64,000 bases of DNA from Octopus sinensis. Its lineage: Eukaryota. Position numbers and translations under genes: made by a program. The stretch is taken from the NCBI RefSeq assembly GCF_006345805.1, contig NC_043002.1, positions 76,508,001 through 76,572,000 of the forward strand, written 5' to 3'. Shown here piece by piece: positions 37,351 to 50,023 of this stretch. The notes below the pieces were generated by a model. The model was not told the DNA's origin, made no database searches, and saw nothing but the letters and a program-made list of their open reading frames with translations. Each line of letters begins with the position of its first letter. Position 1 is the stretch's first letter.

Positions 37351-37582
37351 CAAGATTGCACAACACACACAACGTGCTTCTTTCAGTTTCCGTCAACCAA
37401 GTCCACTCACAAAGGTTTGGTTGCCTGAAGCTATACTAGAAGATACTTGCCTAAGGTGCCACGCAGTGTGAGTGAACCCGGAGCAATGTGGTTGGGAAGC
37501 AAACTTCTTACCACACAGCCAAATCTGTGCTTAGATATAAATATATATCGCTGCTGTAGGCACCACTCGTCTCTGAGTCTGG

Positions 37583-37620
<38 letters not shown>

Positions 37621-38208
37621 AATTTATGTGTAGATTTATGATGCCCGAATCTATTCTATTCCCGACTCGACCTTCTGAGCCAGGTTTAAAAGCATTATGG
37701 AGGTACAAGATGAACCAGACTCAGAGACGAGTGGTGCCTACAGCAGCGATATATATTTATATCTAAGCACAGATTTGGCTGTGTGGTAAGAAGTTTGCTT
37801 CCCAACCACATTGCTCCGGGTTCACTCACACTGCGTGGCACCTTAGGCAAGTATCTTCTAGTATAGCTTCAGGCAACCAAACCTTTGTGAGTGGACTTGG
37901 TTGACGGAACTGAAAGAAGCACGTTGTGTGTGTTGTGCAATCTTGCAATGGTATTTGTAGACTTTTCTAAAGCGTTCGATTCTGTAGATAGGTACAAGAT
38001 GTTTGAAATCCTTAAGCTCTATGGGATACCAGACAAAATCATTTCTGCCATCAAGGTCCTCTACACAGATACGTCTTCAACCATCTTAACCCCCGACGGA
38101 GAAACATCATCTTTCTTAATCAAAGCCGGAATACTGCAGGGACACACTCGCCCCATTTCTTTTCATCATTGTTGTTGATTATGTGCTACGTATGTCAGTT
38201 GATACCAT
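37086..38208. repeat. near-perfect inverted duplication, arms 37086-37587 and 37710-38208
   Basis: Both arms carry the same RT segment, SINE A head and unique sequence. Only a 2-bp indel and about one substitution were noticed between them. Confidence 0.95.
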
Positions 38209-38229
38209 ATATGGCTTCCATATATATAT

Positions 38230-38309
<80 letters not shown>

Positions 38310-38312
<3 letters not shown>

Positions 38313-38920
38313 AGAGTTTACCTGCTCAGAGGCCTACGCAAAGTTTTAAAAAAGTTTTCATCGTTCTCGACACGGTCAAGGAGATTTTGTGCAACTGAAA
38401 CCCGAGTGTCTTTTTGGTCAGCTGAAAGCAGTTTTGGCATAAACTTGACAGACGCATCTGATACCCAAATTTGAATGGACTGAACTGAACCGTAACTAAT
38501 CTGCACATCCTCTGTTAACTCACAGATGGTGATTCGACGATTTCCCATCCACAGCTGCACGCACATCTGCGATGTTTTTCTCAGTTCTGCTGGTTGCAGG
38601 TCTCCCAGAACATCGGAACAACTCGTACACTTGTGTGCAGCTCATACACACCTCTCCATACATTCTCTGCAACCTAGCATAGGCCTCTGAGCAGGTGTCG
38701 CCATAAAATTCTCTGTCATGGTCAATGCGACGGTCACAGGTTACACACGTTACTTCGAAGCACTTCTGCGAAAAGCGGAAGCAAGCTAGAACGTTAAAAC
38801 TTAGTGCACATGCACAGCAGATTTCAAGATCAATTTGTGCCAAGTGGCTTCACTCTGCGTGTATTAATTTCATTCATATAGCTTCGTTACAGTCCGGATA
38901 CTTATTGATCAGACCTCGTA
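38310..38920 (-). mobile_element. second copy of the fold-back mariner derivative (left arm truncated)
   Basis: Same inversion junction 'cctgctcagaggcc(t/a)acgcaaagtttt(a/c)aaaaagttttcatcg' as at 17945, and TIR 'cggatacttattgatcagacctcgta'. Confidence 0.85.
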
Positions 38921-38934
38921 TATAGATATATACT

Positions 38935-39135
38935 CTTTTACTCTTTTACTTGTTTCAGTCATTTGACTGTGGCCATGATGGAGCACCGCCTTTTTTTTTA
39001 GTCGAACAAATCGACCCCAGGACTTATTCTTTGTAAGCCTAGTACTTATTTTCTCGGTCTCTTTTGCCGAACCGCTAAGTTACGGGGACGTAAACACACT
39101 AGCATCGGGACAAACACAGATACACAGACATACAT

Positions 39136-39176
<41 letters not shown>

Positions 39177-39332
39177 TACGACGGGCTTCTTTCAGTTTCC
39201 GTCTACCAAATCCACTCACAAGGCTTTGGTCGGTCCGAGGTCATAGTAGAAGACACTTGCCTAAAGTTCCACGCAGTGGGACTGAACTCGGTACCATGTG
39301 GTTGTGAAGCAAGCTTCTTACTACACTGCCAC
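38935..39332 (-). mobile_element. SINE family A copy
   Basis: Full reverse complement of the family A sequence. Confidence 0.9.
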
Positions 39333-39917
39333 AACAGACGACTATTTTCGAACCAACCCGAGTACTTCATTGGTACTTTATTTTATCGACCCAGAAAAGA
39401 TGAGAGGCAAAATTGACGGCGGCGGCATTTGAACTTGAAGCACAAAGAACCATAAGAAATGCCGCTGAGCGTTTAGTTCGACGCGCTAACGACTCTGCCA
39501 ACTCGTCGCTTAGTTTAATTGGCTGTAACAGCTTTCCCTTTATAAAAAGGATCTCCTACAAATTACAGGAGGGTAAAAAGAAACAACAACAAACAAAAAG
39601 CATTTCCTTTCTCCTAGTTGGTCCCTACCTCAAATGAGCTACCACTTAACATCCACACGAAACCTATTATCGACGCCACTCCCTTGCCTATTTACAACTG
39701 TCTAGGTGTAGGTCATTCAGTCAAGGTTTATCACGGGGTTTTTTGTTGTTATTTTTCGTTTGTTCTTGTTTTGATTTGTTCATTTTTTTTGTTTTTCTTT
39801 TCTTTCTAAATGATTTTGTTATCGACAATTTATAAGTCACGACTCAGTGATTCCACTTCAGTTCCGGTCGGCATGTTACTTTTTCATTGTCCAAAAAAAA
39901 AAAAAAAAGAAAAGAAT

Positions 39918-40710
39918 CGGCGAGCTGGCAGAAACGTTAGCACGTCGGGCGAAATGCGTTGCTGTATTTCGTCTGCCGTTACGTTCTGAGTTCAAATTCC
40001 GCCGAGGTCGACTTTGCCTTTCATCCTTTCGGGGTCGATAAATTAAGTACAGGGGTCGATATAATCGACTTAATCCGTTTGTCTGTCCTTGTTTGTACTC
40101 TCTGTGTTTAGCCCCTTGTGGGTAGTAAAGAAATGGGCATTTCGTCTGCCACTACGTTCTGAGTTCAAATTCCGCCGAGGTCGACTTTGCCTTTCATCTT
40201 TTCGGGGTCGTTAAATAAGTACCAGTTAAGCACTGGGGTCGATGTAATCGACTTAATCCGTTTGTCCGTCCTTGTTTGTCCCCTCTATGTTTAGTCCCTT
40301 GTGGGTAGTAAAGAAATTGGTATTTCATCTGTCTTTACGTACTGAGTTCAAATTCCACCGAGGTCGACTTTGCCTTTCATCCTTTCGGAGTCAATAAATT
40401 GTGTACCAGTTACGTACTGGAGTCGATCTAATCGACTGGCCCCTCCAAAAGTTTCGAGCCGTGTGCCTAGAGTAGAAAAGAATTAAAAAAAAAAGATTTA
40501 ATCGGTTAGCACGCCGGACAGAATACTTAGCGGAATTTCATTCGTCTTTGCGATCTGAGTTCAAATTCTGCCGATGTCAATGCTGCACGTTTTATCCTTT
40601 CGGAGCCGATAAAATAAGTACCAGTTGCGCACTGGGTTCAATGTAATTGACTTGCCCCCTCCTCCTAAAATTGCCAGCATTGTACCAAAATATGAAACCA
40701 ATATTTCTTA
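39918..40710 (+). mobile_element. SINE family C trimer followed by another copy
   Basis: Three ~150-170-bp tandem core units in 39918-40480. Confidence 0.9.
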
Positions 40711-40754
40711 ATGATTCATGCATTTTTTGAAAGTATAAGGAAAATACTTTGCGG

Positions 40755-40892
40755 TATTTCAGCAGATGACAACGTTCCTCTAAAAGAAATGGAGAAACTT
40801 TCAAAATACAAATACCTGGAAATAGAGGTAACTCGAATGTGGAATCTAAAAACAGAAACAATTCCTATCATAGTAGGCGCATTAGGTATGAA
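40755..40892 (+). pseudogene. R4/Dong-like RLE C-terminal fragment
   Basis: ADDNVPLKEMEKLSKYKYLEIEVTRMWNLKTETIPIIVGALGMK. Confidence 0.75.
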
Positions 40893-41451
40893 ATCATACC
40901 ACCTAACAAAGAAGAAGAAGAAGAAGAAGAAGAAGAAGAAGAAGAAGAAGAAGAAGAAGGAGGAGCAGGAGGAGGAGGAGGAGAAGAAGAAGAAGAAGAA
41001 GAAGGAGGAGGAGGAGGGGAGGAAAGAGAGAAGAAGAAGAAGAAGAAGAAGAAGAAGAAGAAGAAGAAAAGAAATAAGAAGAAGAAGAAGAAGAAGAAGA
41101 AGAATGAAAGGCAAAGTCGACCTCAGCAAGATTTGAACTTAGAAACTATGGCTGTATGCTTACGAAGCTCGTCTTGCAAGCACCTGGTTTCGAGTTCAGT
41201 TTCACTGGGCGGCACGTCGGAAAGTGTCTTCCATAATAGATTCCGTTTATAGACTCCGATTCCACTATAAACTCCGATTAATGCCCTGAGAGTAAATTTG
41301 GTCGATAGCAACTGTGTGGAAGCCATCGTGTGTAGTGTGTAGTGTGTGTGTAGTAGTGGCGCGCGCACACATTATTAGCCATTTGAAAAGACTATGAAAG
41401 TCTCGACCACGGTCGAACAATGATGATGATGATGATGTGTGTGTGTGTGTG

Positions 41452-41490
<39 letters not shown>

Positions 41491-42317
41491 TGCGTGTATG
41501 CATGTATGTATAAAATTAATGTGGGCAGCGAAAGCGACGGCTAAATTTATGTGTGTGCGCGTGCATGTGTGTTTGTGCCAGTGGTTCCTCCATCGCTTAG
41601 CAACCGGTGTTGGTTTGTCAACGGCCGCGTTTCATTGCGGTTCGGTAAAAAAAAAAAAAGTATGACCGATAAATAAGTACCAGTCTTAGATACATACCGG
41701 GGTCGATATAAGCAACTAAAATCATTAAACGCAATGATCCAACGTGGCTGCAGTCGTAAGCTAGGAAAAGAATAAATAAAATAAATAAATAGATAAATAA
41801 AAACATAAATGGCTGCAACCAGAAAGCTAAAAACCTCTAAAATAACGTAAGAATATAGACCGAAATAATATCCTTTAACTATATCTCCATACATCCAACT
41901 TCGACATACAAGCCAGCCATATAGCCATTCGACAATAAGCAAGTATTATATTAAAATTGCAACAGTGTCTGGTCGTTATCTTTTACAATCTCATGGCGGT
42001 GGTAAAAGACTCCCAATTAGTTTCCCATTTCTTGAAATACCTGCCACATCAATAGCTTACTGCTTAGTTTATGGTTCAAACTACTTACGCTGTCCACCTT
42101 TATAATCCGTTTAAAATTCCACCTTTCTTATGGCCACCACTACCACCGTTCAAGAGCTGTTTCCGCTGTTTGAGTGTAACGATGCACAATTACGTATATG
42201 TGAGTGTATGTGTGTGTGTGCGCGTATGTGTGTGTGTGTGTGTGTCACTTTACGTATGTGTGCGTGTATGTGTGCCACTTTACGTATGTGTACATGTATG
42301 TGTGTCGATATACATAC

Positions 42318-42403
<86 letters not shown>

Positions 42404-42457
42404 CGTTTACTCATAATATATACGCAAACATACACTCACAATTCTTTATCTACCCAC

Positions 42458-42495
<38 letters not shown>

Positions 42496-42689
42496 GTATG
42501 TATGTGTGTGTGTGTGTGCGCGTGTTTGTTTGGAAGCGCAGTATGGCTGAAGTGGTTTAGAATTTCGCTTTGTAATCGCCAGGTCCTGGGCTCGATTCTG
42601 CTGCATGGCGTCTTGCACACAGTAACCAAGGATAGTAAATACTTTCTATCTCAACTTTAAGAAGGGCTTTGCTTGAAATATCGAGAGAC

Positions 42690-42881
42690 TTTCTCCCGAA
42701 GACACATAAACTAAAAAAACTTTAAATTCTTCCAATAAATACAGTTGTCGCCGATCTAAGCCACCAGTAATTTCCGCGTATTTATACATCCTTGAGAGAC
42801 GTTGAGCAACTTGGAGGACCTGCCATGAGCAAGTAAAAGAGTAAAAAGCGTAGTCTGGCAACCTTTTGATACCACCTTGTA
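42690..42881 (-). mobile_element. possible Tc1/mariner terminal fragment
   Basis: Minus strand starts 'tacaaggtggtatcaaaaggttg', resembling TA-flanked mariner TIRs. Confidence 0.3.
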
Positions 42882-43241
42882 TGATGGAACCTCCAGTCGA
42901 AGGCGACGTATGAATGTTCAGATTTTGCTGAACGACTTGCGTAAATGATTTGTTTATGGTGATCAAATCTATGAGCTGTACATGTACTCATTCCTTCCAT
43001 CGAATCGACGTTGCCTGAACAGGTACACAGTGTGACACGTGTCAGGTTTCAAGTGATCGCAGTGCAACGTAAGTAAAATGTAGCTATCGGTCGAAGAATT
43101 GAAACGATGATTTGGCGATCGTGAGTGCAACACCCTAAACTACTAAGCCATTGCACACTGTGGAAGTGAACCCGAAAGCACGTGTTTGAAAGCGAGCTTC
43201 TTTACCAGAAAGTCATGCCTGCACATATCTATAAATGTGTG

Positions 43242-43472
43242 TGTGGCGGCGAGCTGGCAGAAACGTTAGCACGCCGGGCAAAATGCTTAGCGGTATTTCG
43301 TCTGCGTTACGCTGTGAGTTCAAATTCCGCCGAGGTCGACTTTGCCTTTCATCCTTTCGGGGTCGATAAATTAAGTACCAGCTACGCACTGGGGTCGATG
43401 CAATCGACTTAATCCATTCGTCTGTCCTTGTTTGTCCCCTCTGTGTTTAGCCCCTTAGTAGGCAATAAAGAA
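43242..43472 (+). mobile_element. SINE family C copy
   Basis: Close to the family consensus seen elsewhere in the window. Confidence 0.9.
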
Positions 43473-44954
43473 ATATATAAATGTTTGTGTGTGAGTGTGT
43501 GTGAGTGCACGTGTACGTGTGTGTGCGTATATTTGTGTATGTGAGTGTGTGTGTTTCTGTATATGTGTCTTTGTGTTTGTGTTACCTCTCCCCTACCCAC
43601 GTTTGACAACCGGTGTTGGTTTGTTCGTGTTCCTGTAAACTAGCAGTTCAGCAAAAGACACAGATAGAAGAAATAGCATACTTAGAAAATAAATTCTGGA
43701 GGTCGATCTGTTCGACTAAACCTTCAAGGTCGAATAACTGAAACAAGTGAAAGGTGGGAGAATTTGATGTTATATCGCCATTGATAGGGCATGTCCCTCC
43801 GTTGCAGTCAAAGGCCAGTAGGGTATGTTCTTATTGCAGCCGATATGAGAGAGGGAATACGATGAAAAGCACAACGAAGTATCTGGAAGAAGGTAATATT
43901 ACCAGCAACCATGTATCTGGTCGTTTCTCTAAAACTTTTAAACTGAGTTAAAAATGGACGACGCGAACTGAAGCAAAGCAAGACTGACTTGACCTATTTG
44001 CGTGCTTGCGTTCAAAGAACACATTGTTGGCGCCGACAACGGCGACAGCGGTGGCGTCGGGGAAGGGGGTGAATGGGAGGAGGGGGTGGAAGGCATTCAC
44101 AAAATAGGGTCATAAAAATCACTTAGAAACTCGAGCTTGAAGCCGCCAGCCCCCATAGTCAGGTGGTGTGTATGAGGAATGAAAATGTCGGAAGCGATTC
44201 GTTCTTTTCACCTCTCACCGAAAGGTCAGTCGTCAGCTGAGAGCATGGCATGCATTCAAGCGAAACCTACCTAGCGATGTCATTTTGACCTTTCTCACGT
44301 AAAGGGAACAGGTGCAATTTTATTTCACTTTCATATGTAAATAGGAGTAAAAAAATTTGTCACCGTATTTCTACCCCCAGTTAGGTTTTTAATGGTTCGT
44401 ATATTAAGAATGTAAACACGATCTCAGAGATTTTTTTCTGGTTTTTCCTTCTTTTGTGTGGAGAGTGTCATTGAATTACTTAATATTAAAACGATCCTAT
44501 TTTCCCACGCCAAGACATGTACAATATCGTATATTTACTTTGTTATTCTTTCACCACTACTTCGGTAAATTAAGTGACCGGTGTTCTTCACTGGTGACGT
44601 GAAATAAGAGCGAAACATGTAGTTTTTTCGCATGATTGCCAAGCGAAAGAAATCACATTAATGGCTGACGATATCATTCATTTGAGCTGTGTTTTTCTCA
44701 CACTAACCACTACACATTTTTGCCCCACCCACCCACCCACCCAGAATATCCGGTCTCTAGAACTGAAAAGTTTTTTAAAGCAGAAACGCAAGAGTGATAG
44801 ATAGATAGGATCTAGTTTTTTTTTTCATTCGCAAAATATACATTTTTTAAAAGGAAGTAAAAAATCTGAAAATCGACTATAATAATGTAGTCTCCAATGC
44901 TTTGAAGGTATGATGTTGTGGAGAGAAAAATTGAAGAAAAAAGTTACAGATAAG

Positions 44955-45345
44955 CGCAGGAGTGGCTATGTGGTAATTAGCTTGCTTACCAACCACATGG
45001 TTCTTGGTTCAGTCCCACTGCGTGGTACCTTGGGCAAGTGTCTTCTACTATAGCCTCGGGCCGACCAAAGCCTTGTGAGTGGATTTGGTAGACGGAAACT
45101 GGAAGAAGCCCGTCGTATATACATTTTTATGTATGTGTGTGTATATGTTTGTGTGTCTGTGCTTGTGCCCCAATATCACTTGATGGTGGTGTGGTTACGT
45201 CCCCGTAACTAGCGGTTCGGCAAAAAGAGACCGATAGATTAAGTACTAGGCTTCCAAAGAATAAGTCCTGGGGTTGATTTGCTCGACTAAAGGCGGTGCT
45301 CCAGCATGGCCGCAGTCAAATGACTGAAACAAGTAAAAGAGTAGA
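44955..45345 (+). mobile_element. SINE family A copy (3' part repeated at 45600-45745)
   Basis: Full head, body and tail. Confidence 0.9.
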
Positions 45346-46115
45346 TGTTTAAAAATCGAAAAAACTGGGTATTTTTAGCCAATTGGGAGACAGAAATTTT
45401 CTGCGTTTAGCGGACCGGTGTCAACTTTAAATTTGCAGTTTAGCATCTGACCTGTTGATTGTAAATTTCTAAATAAACAGAAATACCTAATAAAATCAAG
45501 ATGTCTCTCCTTACTGTTTCTTTTGTTTCTTCATTGATTGTATGTTTTGATTATTTTTAAAAATTTGTTATATTTATCTGTTATATTTATCAGTATTATG
45601 TAACTAGCGGTTCGGCAAAAAGAGACCGATAGAATAAGTACTGGGCTTACAAAGAATAAGTCCCGGGGTTGAGTTGCTCGATTAAAGGCGGTGCACCAGC
45701 ATGGCCGCAGTCAAAATGACTTAAACAAGTAAAAAGAGAAAAAGAGAGAAAGAGAGAGTTTCTCTGTTCCACGATATCCCTCTCATTTCCTGTTATGTGT
45801 GCTAAACTTCACTTAAACTGTTGAAATGTGAAATTAACGGTTTAAGAAATACTTCTAATTTAAATTTTTATGAATAGAATTAACCTAGTGAAATCATAAA
45901 TCCAGCTATCTCGGACAATGAGTCCCAAAAACATACGAAATGAAAAATATGTAAAAATACTAACACACAGAAAAAGCACAGAAAAATACTAACACACAGA
46001 AGTACAGAAAAATATGTAATATACTAACACACAAAAAAATTAAAACAAAACACGCGGGTGAAATCAACTTACACAACAGCGGTACAGACAACAGTGAACC
46101 ACAGCACAGCGTGCA

Positions 46116-46163
46116 GTTGTCATGGTAACAAACTGCTAATGCCACGCTGTCTGTTGATTGGCT
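46116..46163. promoter_or_regulatory. RFX X-box-like motif plus inverted CCAAT box
   Basis: GTTGTCATGGTAAC (46116-46129) fits GTHNYYATRRNAAC, and TGATTGGCT follows about 27 bp later. The CCAAT part is shared with a repeat family. Confidence 0.25.
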
Positions 46164-46894
46164 AAAATTACCCAAATTTCCCAACTTTAATTCCAAATAG
46201 CATCAGATTCTTTAATTTACGAGATGAAGTAATTGGTTGATCGTAATCAAATTCAGAGTTGCATAGATACAACAAAATTAAAAGGAATCTGAGTAAAATT
46301 AAAAGGGGGCTCATTTTGCGAATGAGAAAGACTAGATCCGAGAGATATAACGGAAGCTTAGGCTGAAGTCAAAATTAACATAATGTTGGTCGGAAAAGCG
46401 CTGGATGGAACTTATCTAACACCAAATTTCTAACTCGAGGTTAGACTACGGTCATGCCGGGACACCGCCTTGAAGTTTTTAGTCGAATAAATTGTCTCGA
46501 GTACTCATATTTTTAAAGTTTGGTACTAATTCTATCGGTTTCTTTTGTTAAACCGTTAGAATATGGGAACATAAACAAGGCAACAACCGATTGCCAAGTG
46601 GTGTTGGGGTGATAAACACGACTGGCTTCCACACAGTTTCCGTCTACCAAATGCACTCATAGAGCATAGGTGAGTGAATTCATTCACTCGCCCGGGCTGC
46701 CATGCAATGGGATTGAACCTGAAAATTGCGTGGTTGCAAAGCGACCGTCTTAACCACACAATTATACAAGTGTCTCACAAGTGTACCGGCCTGGATAAAA
46801 ACAAAACAGTATATAAGACGAATGCATTTTATATATACTCAGTTTAATGATAAATAAATATAACGAAACTAATCGAGAAATATTATTACACATA

Positions 46895-47326
46895 GGTCCA
46901 GGAGTGGCTGTGTGGTAAGTAGCTTGCTTACCAACCACATGGTTCCGGGTTCAGTCCCACTGCGTGGCACCTTGGGCAAGTGTCTCCAACTATAGCCTCG
47001 GGCCGACCAAAGTCTTGTGAATGGATTTGGTAGACGAAAACTGAAAGAAGCTGTTGTGTATATATATATATATATATATATATGTGGGGGGGGGTGTATG
47101 TGTGTGTGTGAGTGTGCGTGTGTTTGTGTGTCTGTGTTTGTCCCCCTACTCACTCTTGACAACCGTTGTTGGTGTGTTCACGTCCCCGTAACTTAGCGGT
47201 TCGGCAAAAAGACACCGATAGAATAAGTACCAGGCTTACAAATAATAAGTCCTGGGGTCGGTTTGTTCGACTAAAGGCGGTGCTTCAGCATGGCAGCAGT
47301 CAAATGACTGAAACAAATAAAAGAAT
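46895..47326 (+). mobile_element. SINE family A copy
   Basis: Full head, body and tail. An inverted degenerate copy lies at 46440-46765. Confidence 0.9.
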
Positions 47327-49203
47327 ATGTTGAAAATCAACTTTCTTCATTTATTGTGAGAAACTTTAAACATTTGTTAAACGAGTAAAATTGTGTTTGG
47401 AATTTATGAAACACTGAGACACCGGTATTGAAATTAATTGAATTAAGGTTTGATGAGAGAGAAAGCGTGTGCAAATTTGACCCTTGTGAACTCTGTAAAA
47501 GATTGATCACACCGTTTATAGACAAGCGCAAGAAATCTATCTTTCCTTCTGCTGCTTTATCTTTGAACAACGAACAACAAAAGGAGCGTGGCAAAATATG
47601 AAGATGGTTATCGTCGAGAACTGATGTTTGGATACATAAGCCACCACCTGTGGGCAAAAGCGCAAAGTATGAGATGTGTGTGTGTGTGTTTGTGTGTGGA
47701 TAATATCGTATCTAATTGTGAAAAATCGATGGCAACTGTTCTGAGAACTCCTTACGGCTAAACGTACAATCCTATTAATGTGACACGAAAGAGAAAAAGT
47801 CACGCCGTCAGATTTGTATATCATCAATTAGAATTTCTCGTCGTCTGTTGCAAAAGTTGAACATCGAATTCTTCAGTTTCTCCTACAAGGCATAATAAGA
47901 GTTAAAGTTCGCCGTTTATAGATACAACAAGTTCTTTAAAATTCCTGAAGCAATTCATCATAGTATCAGTCTATATTTTATTTATGTATGAGTTTCCTAC
48001 TTAAGTATGCAGGTATGTGCTATCTTAACAGATTTTTCTTAACAATGGTCTCTGACATATACATAATGCCACAAATGTGTGAGAGTGCACATGTATGGTC
48101 AACTGAGATGACGCCTATTATATGACTGGTACTTATTTTCTCGACGTCAGCCTCATAAGAGACAAAGCTCACTGCAGTGAAATCTAAACATAGAATATAT
48201 GTACTGACCCAACATGGCCGCAGTTCCATTTCTGAAGCTAATAAAGGAATAAAAAGCATTATGGACGTTTAGAACTGGACTGAAGTGGAGTACTGGCGTA
48301 GTTACTATTCCTGCTAGAAACAACAACTTGCTTTCAAACTATACGCTATCTTAGAAAAAAAAAAACTTCTTGGGTTATGTGGTCTTTGACGGCTTGTTCA
48401 GAGAAAAGATAAGATGGTCACAACTGGAACATCTTTGGCCGTAGGTGGACTCAGTCATAGCTGACTTGGGTTCAATCTATAATTATAACTGCAACGTTAA
48501 TACCAGTTCAAATATGTTAAGAGCACATTCGGACTTGTGAACAAGCCATCCACCGTGTTTTGTCATGGAGAAAATTTCTCAGTTTAGACACATGGTGTAA
48601 ACTACACCTAAATCAGCTCACAGCGCCACCTATCCAGACTGTGAAATGCGAGCATTTCGGAATAGTTCTCTCTCTCTCTCCCCCTCTCTCTCTCTCCCCT
48701 CTTTCTCTCTCCCCCCTCTCTCTCTCTCTCTCTCCTTGCCTTCTTCTCTTCCTTTTTCTCGCCCACTCTCTCTCCCTTTCTTGATCTGTCCTTCCACCAC
48801 CATTTTTCTCTCTCACACTCTGTCATTGTACAAATTATATTTTAATTTACGTAATCTATTTTATACTTCCTCTTTCTCCCTTCTACCTTTCTCAGCAGAG
48901 CCACTGCCTTCTCTTTTCTCATTCACGGAAGAAGTTGTTTGAAACAGACACAGTATGACTCAAAATTTGGCATTATATATACTTAAAGAGAGAGGAAGAG
49001 ATTGTTTGTGTGTGTGTGTGTGTGCGTGCGTGGACGCATTCATATATTGTCTTTCATTCTATTTATTTTTCTGTTTATGTATACACACGCACACACATAA
49101 ACATACATATATACATACATAGAACACATAGATACATACACACATATATGTATGTATGTATATATACACACATATATATACATATATACATATACATATA
49201 TAC

Positions 49204-49238
<35 letters not shown>

Positions 49239-49280
49239 CACACATATATATACATATATACATATACATATATACATATA

Positions 49281-49367
<87 letters not shown>

Positions 49368-49389
49368 ACATATATATATATATATAATA

Positions 49390-49900
49390 TTCCATCTGCG
49401 ACGATACTTCCGTCGTAACTGCTATCCTGTCTTTTCTCGCCCGCCTTCTAAGGCTACTGGTCGACATTTTTTCTCTCTCGTCGTCCACTATAATCCAGCG
49501 TTTGCAATACTTTTTTCGTCTGGCGTTAACAGCCCTTCTTATCTTGTTCTCCTTGTCCTGTCTCTCACTGTTATATATTTATTTTTCCACTGTTTATATA
49601 TATATTTTTTACTGTTTATATGTTTGTACTGTCGTTACCGTCTTGCTTTTTTTACCCCTCTGCGAAAAGATCTCAGAATTTTAATTGATTTGCTTTTCGC
49701 AGGAAGGAAGTTTTCTTCGAAGTATACGTCTCGCTTTTATCCTTCGAAACGTTTAGTAGATGAAACCTTAGCGACTGAAGAAGGGGATTTTTCGTTTTGC
49801 TTATTGTCCTGTATCTCTTTTTTTGCTTGTCTTGTTCCTTGGTTTGTGTCTATGTTTTTCGTCTCTCTATGTGTTCGACGTCTTTTTGGTGTCCTGTACA
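49390..49900 (+). mobile_element. PLE-like terminal repeat with GAAACGTT and CTGAAGA words
   Basis: 'atccttcGAAACGTTtag...agcgaCTGAAGAaggggat'. Ends 'gtcctgtac' like the 27.8-kb copy. Flanked by (TA)n. Confidence 0.45.
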
Positions 49901-49978
49901 CATATATGCGTGTATATGTACATGTAGAGGTAGGTACGTACATATATGTTTATATATATGCATATATTCTATTTTATT

Positions 49979-50023
<45 letters not shown>

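Noticed and set aside
40909-41104. Poly-Lys/Glu/Arg ORFs
   Set aside because: (GAA)n/(GGA)n microsatellite appended to a LINE fragment.
43754-43951. 65-aa ORF with internal GT/AG signals
   Set aside because: The implied intron is only 17 nt and the peptide is unrecognised.
48619-48636. CTCF-like word 'cagcgccacctatcc'
   Set aside because: Partial match only; a single short motif is not enough support.
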